A stretch of DNA of 64,000 nt from an uncultured Gemmatimonadales bacterium (GCA_963823035.1 CAWGKG010000010.1:256001-320000), one strand, 5' to 3'. Counted from the stretch's first letter, positions 42,734 through 55,243 are shown. Notes: generated from the letters alone by a model not told the origin. Made by a program: numbers and translations.

Positions 42734-45300
42734 ATGAAGCGGGACGGGGAAGGACGGCGTCCGGGGAGAGACGATCCGGAGGTAGAGCGCATCGCCTCGG
42801 AGGTGGAGGAGGAGATCCGTCTCCACCTCGAAGCGCGCATCGAGGAGCTGGTGGGGGAGGGGCTGGACCCGGAACGGGCCCGCGTGGTGGCCATGGAACG
42901 CTTCGGCGACGTCGAGCGGACGCGCGCGGTGTGCGTGGAGGCCGACAGGAGGTGGATGATGCGGACACGAAGGCGCTCGAGGATCGACGGGGTCGCGGTG
43001 GACCTGCGCATGGCCGGGAGGGCGCTGGCGGCACGGCCCTGGTTCACGGTCTCGGCCGTCGCGACGCTCGTTCTGGGCATCGGAGCGAGCACGGCGATCG
43101 TCAGCGCGGCCGACCACATCCTCTTCCGGCCGCTTCCGTACGTGGACGCCGACCGGGTGGTCACGCTCTGGCGCTCGGACCCGAGGACGGGTGAGAAGAC
43201 GCATCCCGCCGGCCACGGGCGACTTCCTTCAGTGGGAGCGCAGCGCGCGCTCCTTCTCGGCGGTGGGGCTCGCGGAGCCGACGGGCGTGGGCCTGAGCGG
43301 GGAAGGCGAGACCGAGTCGGTTTCGGCGTGGGCCGTGACGGCGGCATTCTTCCGCGCGCTCGGGGTCGCTCCGCGGCTGGGGCGCGACTTCCAGCCGGGG
43401 GATGCCGAGCGCGGGGAGGGCCGCGTGGCGATCGTGAGCGACGGCTTCTGGAAGCACCGCCTCGCGGGGGACCCGGCCGCCGTGGGATCGACGATCGAAG
43501 TGGACGGCGACGCAGCGACGGTGATCGGGGTGCTGCCGGCGGTGGATCTCTGGCCCTCCACGAAGGACATCTGGATACCGAAGGTGCTCTACCCGAACGA
43601 GGAAAACACCTTCGGGCGTGGCTACATGTTCGTGGCGGCGCGGCTCGCGCCCGGCGTGGGGCTCTCAGCGGCGCGGTCGGAGATGGCTTCGCTCGACGCC
43701 GCGATCGGGGAGGAGTTCCGCGACAGCTCGCTGCTGGACGTCGAAGTCGTCGGGCTGCGTGAGCAGGTGCTCGCGGCGGTGCGACCCGCGATCCTCGTGC
43801 TGCTGGGCGCGGTGGGCCTCCTCCTCCTGGTGGCGTGCGCGAACGTGGCCGGGCTCCTGCTCGCGCGCGGCGCGCAACGTGGCGGAGAGCTGTCGGTTAG
43901 TGCGGCACTGGGGGCGGAGCGAAGCCGTCTCTTCGGCCATCTCCTCGCGGAGAGCGCGGCGATCGCGCTGCTGGGCGGCGTGGGCGGCGTCGCGTTGGCG
44001 TGGGCCGGACTGGGCGCCCTCACCCGGATGCTCCCGCCCGACCTCCCGCGCGCGTCCTCGATCGCGATGGACCTCAGGATCCTCGCGTTCGCGCTCCTGA
44101 CGACGGTCGGGACGGCGCTCTGTGGGGCTGCTTCCCTCGCTCCGCTTCTCGCGCGCGGAGGCGATGGATGCGCTGCGCGGCGCGCGGGCGGCGACCGGAG
44201 GGCGGGGACGCGCGGGACTGCGGCGCGGCTTGGTCCTGCTCGAGGTGGCCGTGGCAACGGTGCTTCTCGTAGGGAGGCGGACTGCTGTCGCGCAGCTTCG
44301 TCCGCCTGGTGGGGACCGACCTCGGATTCGATCCGGAGGGCGTGGCTTCGGTGCAGGTCTTTCTCTGGGACGGAACCCGAGCGCGGGAGAGCGGCTGACC
44401 CGCGCCGACGCGATGCTCGAGCGGATACGCGCCGCGCGCGGGGTGCGCGCGGCAGGGATGGTCTCGTCGCTCCCCTTCCACCCCTCGCGCATCGACGCGG
44501 TCGGGACCGTGGTGGCGGAGGGCCGGGAGGCCGAGACGCCGCCGCAGATGTACACGACCATCGCGGACTCGGGGTACTTTGCGGCTGCCGGCGTGCCCGT
44601 CGTCGCCGGTCGCGGCTTCACGTCCGCGGACGGAGAGGGCGGCGAGCCGGTTGCGCTGCTCAACGAATCGGCGGCGCGACAGCTCTTCCCGGGGGTGGAT
44701 CCGGTGGGCCGCTTCGTGACGTTCGGCGTCATGGAGCGGCCGTCGCGGCGACAGGTGGTCGGCGTGGTGGGTGACGTGCGGCCGGAGGCGTTCGACAGCC
44801 GGCCGCAGCCCGAGCTCTTCGTGCCTTTTGCGCAGTCGCCCAACGGGAGCGTGACGTTCGTGGCGCGCGGTCCGAACGCCGCAGGCGTCGTGGCGAGCTG
44901 CGCGCGGCCGTCTGGGGCGTCGATGCGGGCCAGTCGATCTACCACGCAGCAACGATGGCATCGATGCTGCGTGCGACGCTCGCGGAGCGGCGGTTCGCCT
45001 CGTGCTGGTGGGGGCTTTCGCGACGCTCTCCCTCGTGCTGGCGCGTGGGCCTGTTCGGTCTGATCAGCTTCACGGTCACGCAGCGCACCCGGGAGCTGGG
45101 GATCCGTGTGGCGCTGGGCGCGCGCAGCGGCCAGATCGCCGGGCTGGTGCTGCGGGACGGCGTCTTGCTCGGGGCCGGCGGCGTGGGGCTCGGGCTCGTG
45201 GGCGCGTGGTGACGAGCCGCGCTCTGGCCGGGATGCTCTATGGTGTGAGCCGGACGGATCCGTTCACGTACGGGGTGCTGGCGGTGCTATGCTCGCCGTG
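42734..45300 (+). CDS. Duplicated orphan ABC permease (ADOP) copy 2; several frameshifts, 3' end missing or garbled
   Basis: EVEEEIRLHLE...ERFGD prefix domain, LVLGIGASTAI, LVACANVAGLLLARG, LLNESAARQLFPG, VVGVVGDVR, QRTRELGIRVALGA. The usual PAxRAxxxDPxxALR end is absent. End coordinate is approximate. Confidence 0.8.
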
Positions 45301-46102
45301 GTGGGGGGCTCCTGGCTGCGGCGCCGAGCTCGCGGCGGAGTTGGAGGCGTGTTCGAAGGAGCCCGGGGCCGAGCCCATCGTGGCGGTCCACGGTCTGATC
45401 CACGCCTGTCAGCCGCTCCGTCGCGAGGCGCGTGCCGGGGCGCGGCCCATCCTCGTGCCCGACCTGCCCGGGTACGGGCGGAACGACCCGGGGTCGGAGA
45501 CGTCCATCGACCGCTCGGTCGTCTTCCTCGAAGCGTGGATGCGCGACGCGGGGATCGAAGCCACGCACCTGGTCGGCCATTCGATGGGCGGCGCGATCGC
45601 GATGGCGTTCGCCGATCGCTTCCGCGAGCGCGTCCGATCGATCCTCGACATCGAGGGCAACTTCACGCTCGTGGACGCTTTCTGGTCGAAGGGCATCGCG
45701 GCGGGCACCGAGGCGGACGCCGCGGCCATGCTGGACGGCTTCCGGACGGACGTGCGCGGCTGGCTCGAGGGCCAGGAGATCGTGGCGACGCCCGAGGCGT
45801 TGAAGCGCGCCGCGGTGGCGCTCGACGCGCAGTCGGCGCGGTCGCTCCGCTCGATGGCCCGGTCGGTGGTCGAGGTCACCGGCGAACCGGCCTATCTCGA
45901 GATGGTGAAGCGCGTGATCGACCGGGGTGCGCCGGTGCACCTCGTCGCGGGGGCCCGCAGCCTCGCGGGGTGGGACGTGCCGGCCTTCGTGCGCGAGCGC
46001 GCGGCCTCGTTTACGGTGCTGCCCGACGTGGGCCACATGATGATGATGGAGGACCCGACCGGGCTGGTGGCGGCGATGGAGGAGGCGATCGGCGGGGTGT
46101 GA
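45300..46102 (+). CDS. Alpha/beta-fold hydrolase (5' end unclear)
   Basis: VAVHGL, VPDLPGYG, HLVGHSMGG nucleophile elbow, IEGN, DVGHMMMMEDP. No clear start or RBS. Confidence 0.75.
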
Positions 46103-46177
46103 CGTGGGCCGCTTGCCCGCGGTACACGGTCGGCGGAGCTTTGGTTCTCGCCCCAACCCGACACCGGAGCCGTCCGT

Positions 46178-46672
46178 TTGAGTGAGCCGATCCGCCTCTT
46201 CGTCACCGGGGGCACCTTCGACAAGGAATACGACGAGATCCGCGGCAGCCTCTTCTTCGCGGATACGCACCTCCCCGAGATGCTCGAGCTCGGGCGCTGC
46301 AAGGTGGACGTGAAGGTGCGCACGCTCATGATGGTCGACTCGCTCGAGATGACCGAAGCGGACCGCGACCTCATCGCGCACAACTGCAACGAGGTGGCGG
46401 AGCGCTGCATCGTCATCACGCACGGCACCGACACGATGGTCGACACGGCCCGTGTGCTGGCCGCGAAGGTGGAGGGGAAGACGATCGTGTTGACCGGCGC
46501 GATGATCCCGATCGCCTTCGGCAGCTCCGACGGGCTCTTCAACCTCGGCGGCGCCATCACGGCCGTGCAGGCGCTCTCGCCGGGCGTCTGGGTGACGATG
46601 AACGGCCGCATCTTCCCTTGGAACGACGTGCGCAAGAACTGGAGCGCCGGCGTTTTCGAGTCGCTGGACTAG
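46178..46672 (+). CDS. Short asparaginase (N-terminal domain only)
   Basis: FVTGGTFDK, VDSLEM, ITHGTDTM, VLTGAM, SDGLFNL. Confidence 0.88.
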   Translation: MSEPIRLFVTGGTFDKEYDEIRGSLFFADTHLPEMLELGRCKVDVKVRTLMMVDSLEMTEADRDLIAHNCNEVAERCIVITHGTDTMVDTARVLAAKVEGKTIVLTGAMIPIAFGSSDGLFNLGGAITAVQALSPGVWVTMNGRIFPWNDVRKNWSAGVFESLD

Positions 46673-46705
46673 TGACAGGACACTGGGAAGCCTGCCCGGG
46701 CGCCC

Positions 46706-46734
46706 TTGAACCCGCCCGGTCGCGGCGCCATTCT
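46706..46734 (+). promoter_or_regulatory. Possible sigma70 promoter of asnA
   Basis: TTGAAC, 17 nt spacer, CATTCT. Confidence 0.4.
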
Positions 46735-46810
46735 CCACGTACCATCCCGGGGTCCTCCTCCGATCCGTCCTGCCCCGCCTCGGGCACTTTCGCCACAAGG
46801 ACGGACGCTC

Positions 46811-47851
46811 ACGCACGACAAGAAGGCCGACCTGGCCGGCCCGGGGATCGGCGACTACGCCGACCTCGAAAAGGTGCTCCCCACCGACTATCGCTCGCTC
46901 CTCGACCCCGCGCGAGACGCAGGACGCGCTCTACGCGGCCAAGGATTTCATCGAGGACGGGGCTGTGCCGCGAGCTGGGACTGATGCGGGTGCAGGTGCC
47001 GCTCATCGTCGACGCCGAGAGCGGCGTGAACGACTTCCTCGACCGCGACGGCTCGCGCACGCCGGTGCAGTTCCACATCTCCAACGACCACGGCAAGAAC
47101 CCCATCGACGCCCAGGTCGTGCAGGCCGCCACCAAGTGGAAGCGGATGGCGCTGCAAGCAGTTCGGGATGAAGCCCGGGCGAGGGCGTCCTCACCGACAT
47201 GCGCGCCGTGCGGAAGGACTACTTCCTCGATCACGACCACAGCGCCTACGTGGACCAGTGGGACTGGGAGCGGGTCGATCACCGCGGCGGACCGGAACCT
47301 GGACTTCCTCACCGACGTGGTGAAGCGCATCTGGAAGGTGCTCAAGGGCGCGGAGGTGCAGGTGCTCGAGCCGCTTCCCCAAGCTGCGCACCGACCGCTA
47401 TCCGGACCTCCCCGAGGAGCTCACCTTCCTGCACGCCGAGGAGATCCTGGAGCGCTATCCCGGACCTGCCGCGCAAGGCAGCGCGAGACGATGATCCTGC
47501 AGGAGTACCCGGCGATCTTCATCTACGGGATCGGCTGGCCGCTCGCCGACGGCTACCCGCACGAGATGCGGGCGGCCGACTACGACGACTGGGTCACGGA
47601 GACGACGTCGCGGAGGGGCGGCCGATGCACGGGCTGAACGGCGACATCCTCGTCTGGAACCACGTCACCGGGCGATCGTGCACGAGCTGCGCTCGATGGG
47701 GATCCGCGTGAGCGTCGGCGGTGGCATCGGCCAGTCGCGCACGTACATGGCGCTCCTCAAGAAGGCACACCTGGGTGAGGTGTCGGTCACCGTGTGGCCG
47801 AAGATCCTGAAGGACATGTGCGCGGCGCGGAACATCCACGTGCTCGAGTGG
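46811..47851 (+). pseudogene. asnA: Aspartate-ammonia ligase, disrupted in this assembly (or badly mis-assembled)
   Basis: Fragments in changing frames: [90 protein letters not shown]. At least five frameshifts, ACG at the expected start and TGG at the expected stop. Confidence 0.8.
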
Positions 47852-47940
47852 CACCCGGGCCGCCTCGGTCGCTTGACTTCCCTCGAGCGCCCCCCGTCTT
47901 GTCAGCGCACCCGTCCCAGGAACGTCCTCTGGAGGATCCC

Positions 47941-49623
47941 GTGCGCCGCTTCGCCCCGCTCGCCTTCGCCGCCCTCACCCTCACGGCCTGCGCCGCCGAG
48001 CCCGACGTGGACGTCGTCCTGCGCGGGGGGACGATCTACGACGGCTCTGGCGGGCCGCCCGTGGTGGGCGACGTAGCCATCCTGGGTGACTCGATCGTCG
48101 CGGTGGGCGACGTGGGCGGGCTGAAGGGCGCCGCCGAGCTGGATGTGACGGGCCTCGCGGTAGCGCCCGGCTTCGTGAACATGCTGTCCTGGGCGACGGA
48201 ATCCCTCCTCGAGGACGGAACCGCGCAGAGCGACATCCGCCAGGGCGTGACGCTCGAGGTGTTCGGGGAAGGGGATTCGATGGGGCCCCTCACCGACACC
48301 ATGCGCGCCGACATGATCCGCTTCGAGGGCGACATCCGGTACGACGTCCCCTGGACGACCCTGGGCGAGTACCTGGAGCACCTCGAGCGGAAGGGCGTCG
48401 CGGTGAACGTCGCGTCGTTCGTGGGCGCCACGACCGTTCGCATCCACGAGCTCGGCTACGCGGACCGGCCGCCGACGCCCGAGGAGCTCGCGCGCATGGA
48501 GGACCTCGTGCGCGAGGCCATGCGCGAGGGCGCACTGGGCGTGGGCTCGTCGCTGATCTACGCGCCCGCGTTCTACGCCGATACGCCCGAGCTGATCGCG
48601 CTCATGAAGGCCGCGGCGGAGTACGACGGGATGTACATCAGCCACATGCGCTCGGAGGGGAACCAGCTCCTGGAGTCGGTGGATGAGCTGATCCGCATCG
48701 CCCGTGAGTCCGGGGCACGCGCCGAGATCTACCACCTGAAGGCGGCCGGCGTGGACAACTACGCCAAGATGGACGAGGTCATCCGGAAGGTGGAGGCCGC
48801 GCGCGCGGACGGGCTGCGCATCACCGCGGACATGTACACCTACACCGCGGGCGCCACCGGCCTGGACGCCGCCATGCCGCCGTGGGTGCAGGAAGGCGGC
48901 TACGACGCGTGGGCGGAGCGGCTGAAGGACCCGGCCATCCGCGCGCGCGTCCTGCGCGAGATGCGCACGCCCACGAACGACTGGGAGAACCTCCTGCTCT
49001 CCGCGGGATCGCCGGATCGGGTGCTCCTGGTGGGCTTCCGCGCCGACTCGCTCAAGGTCCTCACGGGCAAGACGTTGGCCGAGGTGGCGGCCATGTACGG
49101 CACCACGCCCGAGGAGGCCGCGATGGACCTGGTGGTGAAGGACGGGAGCCGCGTCGGTACCGTCTACTTCATGATGAGCGAGGACAACGTGAGGAAGCAG
49201 ATCGCGCTGCCCTGGGTGAGCTTCGGATCGGACGCGGGCGCGCCCGCGACCCGCGAGCCGTTCACGCTGTCCAACCCGCACCCTCGCGCGTACGGCAACT
49301 TCGCGCGCGTGCTCGGCAGGTACACACGGGACGAGCAGGCACTCACGCTCCCCGCGGCCATCCGCAAGCTCGCGGCGCTCCCCGCGCAGAACCTCAAGCT
49401 GCGACGGCGCGGTCTGCTGAAGGCCGGCTACCACGCGGACGTGGTGGTCTTCGACGCGCTCACGATCGCCGACCACGCCACCTTCGAGGAGCCGCACCAG
49501 TACGCGACAGGTATGGTGCACGTCTTCGTGAACGGGACCCGGGTCCTCGCGGACGGCGAGCCCACGGGCGAAACCCCCGGCCGCGTCGTGCGCGGCCCGG
49601 GGTGGACGGGGTGGGGGGGGTAG
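47941..49623 (+). CDS. N-acyl-D-amino-acid deacylase-family amidohydrolase, probable lipoprotein
   Basis: GGAGG then GTG 47941, lipobox [73 protein letters not shown]. Confidence 0.88.
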   Translation: MRRFAPLAFAALTLTACAAEPDVDVVLRGGTIYDGSGGPPVVGDVAILGDSIVAVGDVGGLKGAAELDVTGLAVAPGFVNMLSWATESLLEDGTAQSDIRQGVTLEVFGEGDSMGPLTDTMRADMIRFEGDIRYDVPWTTLGEYLEHLERKGVAVNVASFVGATTVRIHELGYADRPPTPEELARMEDLVREAMREGALGVGSSLIYAPAFYADTPELIALMKAAAEYDGMYISHMRSEGNQLLESVDELIRIARESGARAEIYHLKAAGVDNYAKMDEVIRKVEAARADGLRITADMYTYTAGATGLDAAMPPWVQEGGYDAWAERLKDPAIRARVLREMRTPTNDWENLLLSAGSPDRVLLVGFRADSLKVLTGKTLAEVAAMYGTTPEEAAMDLVVKDGSRVGTVYFMMSEDNVRKQIALPWVSFGSDAGAPATREPFTLSNPHPRAYGNFARVLGRYTRDEQALTLPAAIRKLAALPAQNLKLRRRGLLKAGYHADVVVFDALTIADHATFEEPHQYATGMVHVFVNGTRVLADGEPTGETPGRVVRGPGWTGWGG

Positions 49624-49672
49624 CCTCCTCGCTCCGCGGAACGACGCCTCGACTCCAGAGGAATCAACGCAC

Positions 49673-50110
49673 ATGGCACCGCCTGCCGACGATTCGTCTC
49701 CGCGCATCCGACGCGTGGTCGAGACCGGGCTCTACGTCTCGGACCCGGAGCGCTCCTCCGCGTTCTACGTGGACGCCCTCGGGCTGCGCGTGATCGCCGC
49801 GGGCGACCGTCTCACGGCGCTCGACGCGGGGGAGGGCTCGGTGCTCCTCCTCTTCAAGCGGGGGGCCACGGACGTCTGGGCCGACCTCCCCGAAGGGCGC
49901 ATCCCGCCGCACGGCGCCGAGGGCCCGTCGCACTTCGCCTTCGCGATCGGGGCCGACGACCTCGAGGCATGGCGGACACGGCTGGCGGCCCGCGGCGTGG
50001 AGATCGAGAGCGAGGTGGCCTGGCCACGGGGTGGCCGGAGCCTCTACTTCCGCGACCCGGACGGGCACTCGGTGGAGCTCGCCACACCGGGGGTGTGGGA
50101 GACCTACTGA
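49673..50110 (+). CDS. VOC/glyoxalase-family protein
   Basis: ETGLYVSDPERSSAFY, HFAFAI, SLYFRDPDGHSVELATPG. Confidence 0.88.
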   Translation: MAPPADDSSPRIRRVVETGLYVSDPERSSAFYVDALGLRVIAAGDRLTALDAGEGSVLLLFKRGATDVWADLPEGRIPPHGAEGPSHFAFAIGADDLEAWRTRLAARGVEIESEVAWPRGGRSLYFRDPDGHSVELATPGVWETY

Positions 50111-50243
50111 GCCGGCTTCCAACCTTTCCGGCTTAGGACGGCATCCAAGAAGCACGATATTCTGGCGCAGAGCGCTCCGTACCGCGTTATATAGCCAGCT
50201 TAGGTTACGTGAACGACGACGGCGGGAGCACCACGGAGGGACG

Positions 50244-50591
50244 ATGGGCGGCATCGACGCGGACACCCTCTACGGCACGCTGAACCTCCTCGTGCTCCGC
50301 GCCCTGCGCGACGGCGCGCTCCACGGACTGGCGGTGAGCCGACGCATCGAGGCCGCGACGCGCGGCGCGGTGCGCATCGAGGAGGGCGCGCTCTACCCGG
50401 CCCTCCATCGCCTGGAGCGTGATGGGCTCGTGGAGGGGGAATGGGGCCGAACCGACGAGAACCGGCGCGCGAAGTTCTATCGCCTGACGCGGAAGGGGAG
50501 GCGTCAGCTCGAACGGGATGCGGCGCGCTGGGCCCGCCACACGGAGGCGGTCGCGGCGCTGCTCGGCCTGTCGCCCGGGTGGACCGAGTGA
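50244..50591 (+). CDS. PadR-family transcriptional regulator (copy 4)
   Basis: GGAGG RBS. LYGTLNLLVLRAL, LHGLAV, IEEGALYPALHRLE, EWGRTDENRRAKFYRLT. Confidence 0.92.
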   Translation: MGGIDADTLYGTLNLLVLRALRDGALHGLAVSRRIEAATRGAVRIEEGALYPALHRLERDGLVEGEWGRTDENRRAKFYRLTRKGRRQLERDAARWARHTEAVAALLGLSPGWTE

Positions 50592-50636
50592 CGGCCGCGC
50601 CTGCACCCGCGCCGGGGCCCGGAGCCGAGTGAGGTC

Positions 50637-53294
50637 GTGGAGTGGCGTGAGGTGTGGCGGCGGCTCTTCCCGCGGAGGATGATCGAGGGGGACGTGCGCG
50701 AGGAGATCTCCTTCCACATCGAGGAGCGGGTGCGGGAGCTGGTGGCCGAGGGGTGGGACGAGGAGCGTGCCAGGGCGCACGTGCTCGAGCGGTTCGGGGA
50801 CGTGGCTTCGGTGGAAGCGGCGTGTCGCGACTACGATGCGCAACGGGTGGACGGGGAGACGTGGAGGACGGCGATGGACGGGTGGATTCGTGACGTGCGG
50901 TGGACGCTCAGGGGCATGCGCCGGAACCCGGGGTTCACGGCGGTGGTGGTGCTCACGCTCGCGCTCGGCATCGGCGCGACGACGGCGGTGTTCAGCGTCG
51001 TGGAGGGCTTCCTGCTGAGGCCCCTCCCGTTCCGCGACCCCGGTCGGCTGGTCGTGATCTGGGAGAACGACCGCGCCACCGGCACGACGCGCGAGAACGC
51101 GTCGCCGCTCGACTACTACGACTTCGTCGACCGCGCGCGCGGCTTCGACGGATTCGGCATGTACGCGCTGACCACGACGGTGCTCACGCGACCGGGGAGC
51201 GACCCCGTGCGCCTCAACACCGCGCGGGTGACGCGCGGGCTCCCGGAGCTGCTGGGCGTGGACATGCAGCTCGGGCGCGGCTTCACCGCCGACGAGGACC
51301 GCCCCGACGGCCCCCGTGCGATCGTCCTGACCGACGCGCGCCTGGCGCGCCCACTTCCAGGCGGACCCGGAGGTCCTGGGTCGCGTCGTCGACGTGGACG
51401 GCGAGCCCGTTCCGGTGGTGGGGGTGCTCCCGCCCGCCGTCGACTACCCGGCCGGCGAGACGGACGTGTGGGTGCCGCTCCAGATGGCACGCGGCGTGGC
51501 GACGCGCGAGAACCACTGGGTGAGCGTGGTCGCACGGATGTCTCCGGGGACCACCGTGTCGTCGGCCCAGGCCGAGATGACCCGCCTGATGGCGCAGCTC
51601 GAGGTCGAGTTCGCCGCCGCGAACACGAACCGGGGTGCCTTCGTGGAACGCCTCGCGGACGTGGGCCGTGGCGACCTGCGCCTCACGCTCTGGGTGCTCT
51701 TCGGCGCCGTGCTCACGGTGCTCGCCATCGCCTGCGTGAACGTGGCGAACCTCCTTCTCGCACGGGGCGCGAGCCGCGCGCGGGAGATGGCCGTCCACGC
51801 CGCGCTGGGGGCGGGGCGGGCCAGCTTCGGCGCCGCTTCTTCGTGGAGGGGGCGCTCCTGACGCTCCTCGCCACGCTCGGCGGCGTGGGCCTCGCCGTCC
51901 TGGGCGTCCGTCTGACTCGGCTCGGCGGCACCGTCCCGTCTGATGCGCCTCGGCGCGCCCGAAGTGAACGGCACGGTGCTCGCCTTCACGCTCGGCGTGG
52001 GGGTGCTGGTGGGGATGGGGTTCGCGCTCCTCCCCACGCTGCAGGCGCGGCGCACGGACCTGCGGCGGGAGCTCACGGACGGGCGGACCTCCGAGGGGCG
52101 TGCGCCCCGCATGGCCGCCCGCAGGCTCCTGGTGGCGGGACAGCTGTCGTTGGCCGTGGTGCTCCTGACCGGCGCGACGCTCCTCCTGAGCACGCTGCGC
52201 AACCTCCAGGCGGTGGACCCGGGCTTCGAGACCACGAACGTGCTGCGCGTGGACTATTCCCTTCCGGTGTCGCGCTATCCGCGCGACTTCTCGAACTGGC
52301 CCAACTGGACGGAGGTCAACGGATTCAACCGCTCGCTCATCGAGCGCGTGACCGCGCTGGCAGGGGTGCGCTCCGCGGCCGTCGTCACGAACCACCCGCT
52401 CGACCCGGGCTTCACCAACTCCTTCGAGATCGAAGGGCGGCCGCGCGACGCGGAGCAGGGCGAGATCACCACGCGCCTCGTCACACCGGGCTACTTCGAG
52501 ACCGTCGGCCTCCGCCTGCTGGAGGGGCGGCTTCCGTCACCGTCGGACGGGACGTCGGATCCGCCCGTGATCGTCATCAACCGGACCGCGGCCGACCGCT
52601 ACTTCCCGGACGGAGGCGCGATCGGCAGCCGGATCGGGTTCTGGGGCCAGTACCGCGAGGTCATCGGGATCGTCGCGGACGAGCGCATGCACGGCCTCGC
52701 GGAGGAGGTCCCGCCCGCGCTGTACGTGAACCTCCTGCAGACGCCTCCGGTCGCCACGAAGATCACCCTGATGGTGCGCACCGAGGTGCCGCCTCTCGAC
52801 ATGGCCGACGCGGTGCGCCGGACGATCTGGTCGCTCGACCGCGACCTGGCGGTGTTCAACGTCGCCACGATGGACGGCACGCTCGCGGACGCGAGCGCGC
52901 GCGAGCGCTTCGCCTCCCTGGTCCTGGTCGTCTTCGCGGGCGTAGCGATCTTCCTCGCGGTATTCGGCGTGCACGGCGTGCTCGCCTACCTCGTCGCGCA
53001 GAGGGGCCACGAGGTGGGCGTGCGCATGGCGCTCGGCGCCACGCGGCGGCAGGTGGTCGGCGTGGTGGTCCGCAGGGCGCGTCGATGGCTGCGCTCGGCA
53101 TCGGGATCGGGGTGCTCGCCGCTCTGGGGGTGTCGGGGGTGCTGCGCGGCCTGCTGTTCGGCGTCAGCGCGACGGCGCCATGGGTCTACGCGGCGGTGGC
53201 GGTGGGGCTCGGTCTGGCCGCGCTGGCGGGGACGGCCCTGCCGGCGCTGCGGGCCGCGTCCATCGATCCGGTGGCGTCGCTCAGGGGGGAATGA
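50637..53294 (+). CDS. Duplicated orphan ABC permease (ADOP) copy 3; multiple frameshifts
   Basis: [11 protein letters not shown]...[88 protein letters not shown]. Confidence 0.88.
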   Translation: MEWREVWRRLFPRRMIEGDVREEISFHIEERVRELVAEGWDEERARAHVLERFGDVASVEAACRDYDAQRVDGETWRTAMDGWIRDVRWTLRGMRRNPGFTAVVVLTLALGIGATTAVFSVVEGFLLRPLPFRDPGRLVVIWENDRATGTTRENASPLDYYDFVDRARGFDGFGMYALTTTVLTRPGSDPVRLNTARVTRGLPELLGVDMQLGRGFTADEDRPDGPRAIVLTDARLARPLPGGPGGPGSRRRRGRRARSGGGGAPARRRLPGRRDGRVGAAPDGTRRGDAREPLGERGRTDVSGDHRVVGPGRDDPPDGAARGRVRRREHEPGCLRGTPRGRGPWRPAPHALGALRRRAHGARHRLRERGEPPSRTGREPRAGDGRPRRAGGGAGQLRRRFFVEGALLTLLATLGGVGLAVLGVRLTRLGGTVPSDAPRRARSERHGARLHARRGGAGGDGVRAPPHAAGAAHGPAAGAHGRADLRGACAPHGRPQAPGGGTAVVGRGAPDRRDAPPEHAAQPPGGGPGLRDHERAARGLFPSGVALSARLLELAQLDGGQRIQPLAHRARDRAGRGALRGRRHEPPARPGLHQLLRDRRAAARRGAGRDHHAPRHTGLLRDRRPPPAGGAASVTVGRDVGSARDRHQPDRGRPLLPGRRRDRQPDRVLGPVPRGHRDRRGRAHARPRGGGPARAVREPPADASGRHEDHPDGAHRGAASRHGRRGAPDDLVARPRPGGVQRRHDGRHARGRERARALRLPGPGRLRGRSDLPRGIRRARRARLPRRAEGPRGGRAHGARRHAAAGGRRGGPQGASMAALGIGIGVLAALGVSGVLRGLLFGVSATAPWVYAAVAVGLGLAALAGTALPALRAASIDPVASLRGE

Positions 53295-53318
53295 GGCGGT
53301 GGGGGGCCGCGCCTTCGC

Positions 53319-55243
53319 TCAGCCCCCCTGCGGCGGATGTCCCCTCGGGCCCATGTCCAGGTGGATCGCGCGGCTCGCGCGTGCGATCTCCGTGAAGCGC
53401 GGATCGCTCCGCAGGTCGTCCCACACCGGGTCGGACTGGAGGGAGATCAGTGCCCGCTCGTGGTGCGCGAGCGCCTCTCCGAGGGTGGTCAGCGCCCCTT
53501 CGCGATCCCCCGAGCCCGCCTGGGCCGCGGCGTACTCCGTGAGCGTGACGCGTCCGCCCGCGGCCCGCTCGGCGTCCAACCGGCCGCGCGTCCACGTCCA
53601 GTACCCGCGAGCGCCCTGCCCCTCGACGGCGGTCCGCAAGGCGCGTACCGCTTCGGCATCGGGCGCGTCGTCGCCACCACGCTGGCTCCAGCCCTCCACG
53701 GCCCCCACGGCCGCCTGCACGTCCCCGGCAGCGATCTGCGTGCGGGCCAGGAGCTCCCACGCCGGATCCATGTCCGGTGCGTCGTCGACCAGGTCGGACA
53801 GCATCTCCGTCGCGGACGAGAAGAGGCCCGAGGTCATCAACCGGCGCGCCGCCGCCAGCCGCTGGATGCGGCCGGCACGCTCCGAATCCGACGCGCGCAG
53901 GCGGACCTGCTCCTCGATCCGGCGGCCCATCTGCGTCATGGCGGCGACCCAGGCCGTGTCCATCCCGGCCACGTCCGGTGCCACCACGGTCACCCTCCCC
54001 GGGATCGGGGCGGCGGGAGGAGCCTTCTGGGTCGCGGCGGTCAGCGTTGCCGGGACCATCTGACGGATGAGCGTGAGGACCTCGCGCGCCTCGGCGGAGC
54101 TGCTGTCCATCTCCACGGCGTGCTGCGCCTCCCGGTGCGCCCGATCGAGCGTGGAGTCGGACAGCTCGGGGTCGGCCATGCCGAGGAGGAAGCGCGTGCC
54201 CGCGAGACCCGCCAGGGCGGGCGCGAAGGCGGAGTCCTCGGAGACGGCCTCCTGGAAGTGCGTCATGGCCGCGCGGTAGCCCTCCGGCGTGCCCTTCTCC
54301 TGCTCGAACTTGCCGCGCAGGTAGGCGTCCTGGGCCTGCGGGTCGACGTCCTGTGACGCGGTGCGCTCCAGGATCGTGGTCTCCTCGGGGCTCAACTCGG
54401 CCTGGACCTGGCGGGCGATGTCGAGCGCGACCTCGGCCTGCAGCGCGAGGATGTTGTCGAGCGAGCGGTCGTACTGCTTCGTCCAGAGGTTCGTCTCACT
54501 CGGCGGCGTGGATCAGGTTCACCGTGATGCGCACCTGGTCGTCCACGCGCCGGATCGATCCCTCGATCACCGCGTCGACCTGCAGCTCGCTGCCTATGCG
54601 CGGGATCGGCATCTCCGTCCCCGCGAAGCGCAGCACCGACGTGCGCGACACCACGCGCAGCCCGGCGATCTGGCTGAGCTGCGCGATGAGCTCCTCGTGC
54701 ATCCCGGCGCTGAAGTAGTCCTGCCCCCCGCCCTCCGAGATGTTGTTCAGCGGAAGCACCGCCAGGGAGCGGATCGGCGTCGCGGGATCGTACGCCACCA
54801 ACGCAGGGGTGGCGGCCGACCCGCCATTGCCCCCGCGGCGGGCCCGCTGCGGCGCCTCGAGCAGGCCCTCGCGGGCCATCCACAGGCCCAGGGCACCCAC
54901 GATCGTCAGCGTGAAGACGAGAAGCGCGAGGCGCGGCGTGAGGCGCTCCCGGGCGCCGCTCGGCGGGGCCGCCCGGCACGTCCTCGGTGCGCTTGATGCC
55001 CTCGGAGGTGATGTCGAACACCCACGCCAGCACCACGGCCGGGGGAAAGAGGAGCATCACCGTCACCACCAGGATCCGCAGGCCGGTCTCCCCGATGTTG
55101 AAGGCGGGGAACACGATCTCGGCGAGCTGGAGGACGACGAACGCGACTGCGGCGTATCCGATCGAGAAGCGCACCACGTGGCGTCGCCTCATCTCGGAGA
55201 GGAACTGGCTGAATCCCGAAGGCCCGTCTTTTCGCGTGCTCAT
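53319..55243 (-). CDS. Membrane-anchored TolB-like/TPR protein; frameshifts near 54950 and 54490
   Basis: [15 protein letters not shown] + TM helices, [18 protein letters not shown]...[15 protein letters not shown]...VVSRTS...[16 protein letters not shown] helices, [13 protein letters not shown]. Confidence 0.8.

Noticed and set aside
50185..50210. Operator for PadR copy 4 (TTATATAGCCAGCTTAGGTTA)
   Set aside because: AT-rich and well placed, but no convincing palindrome.
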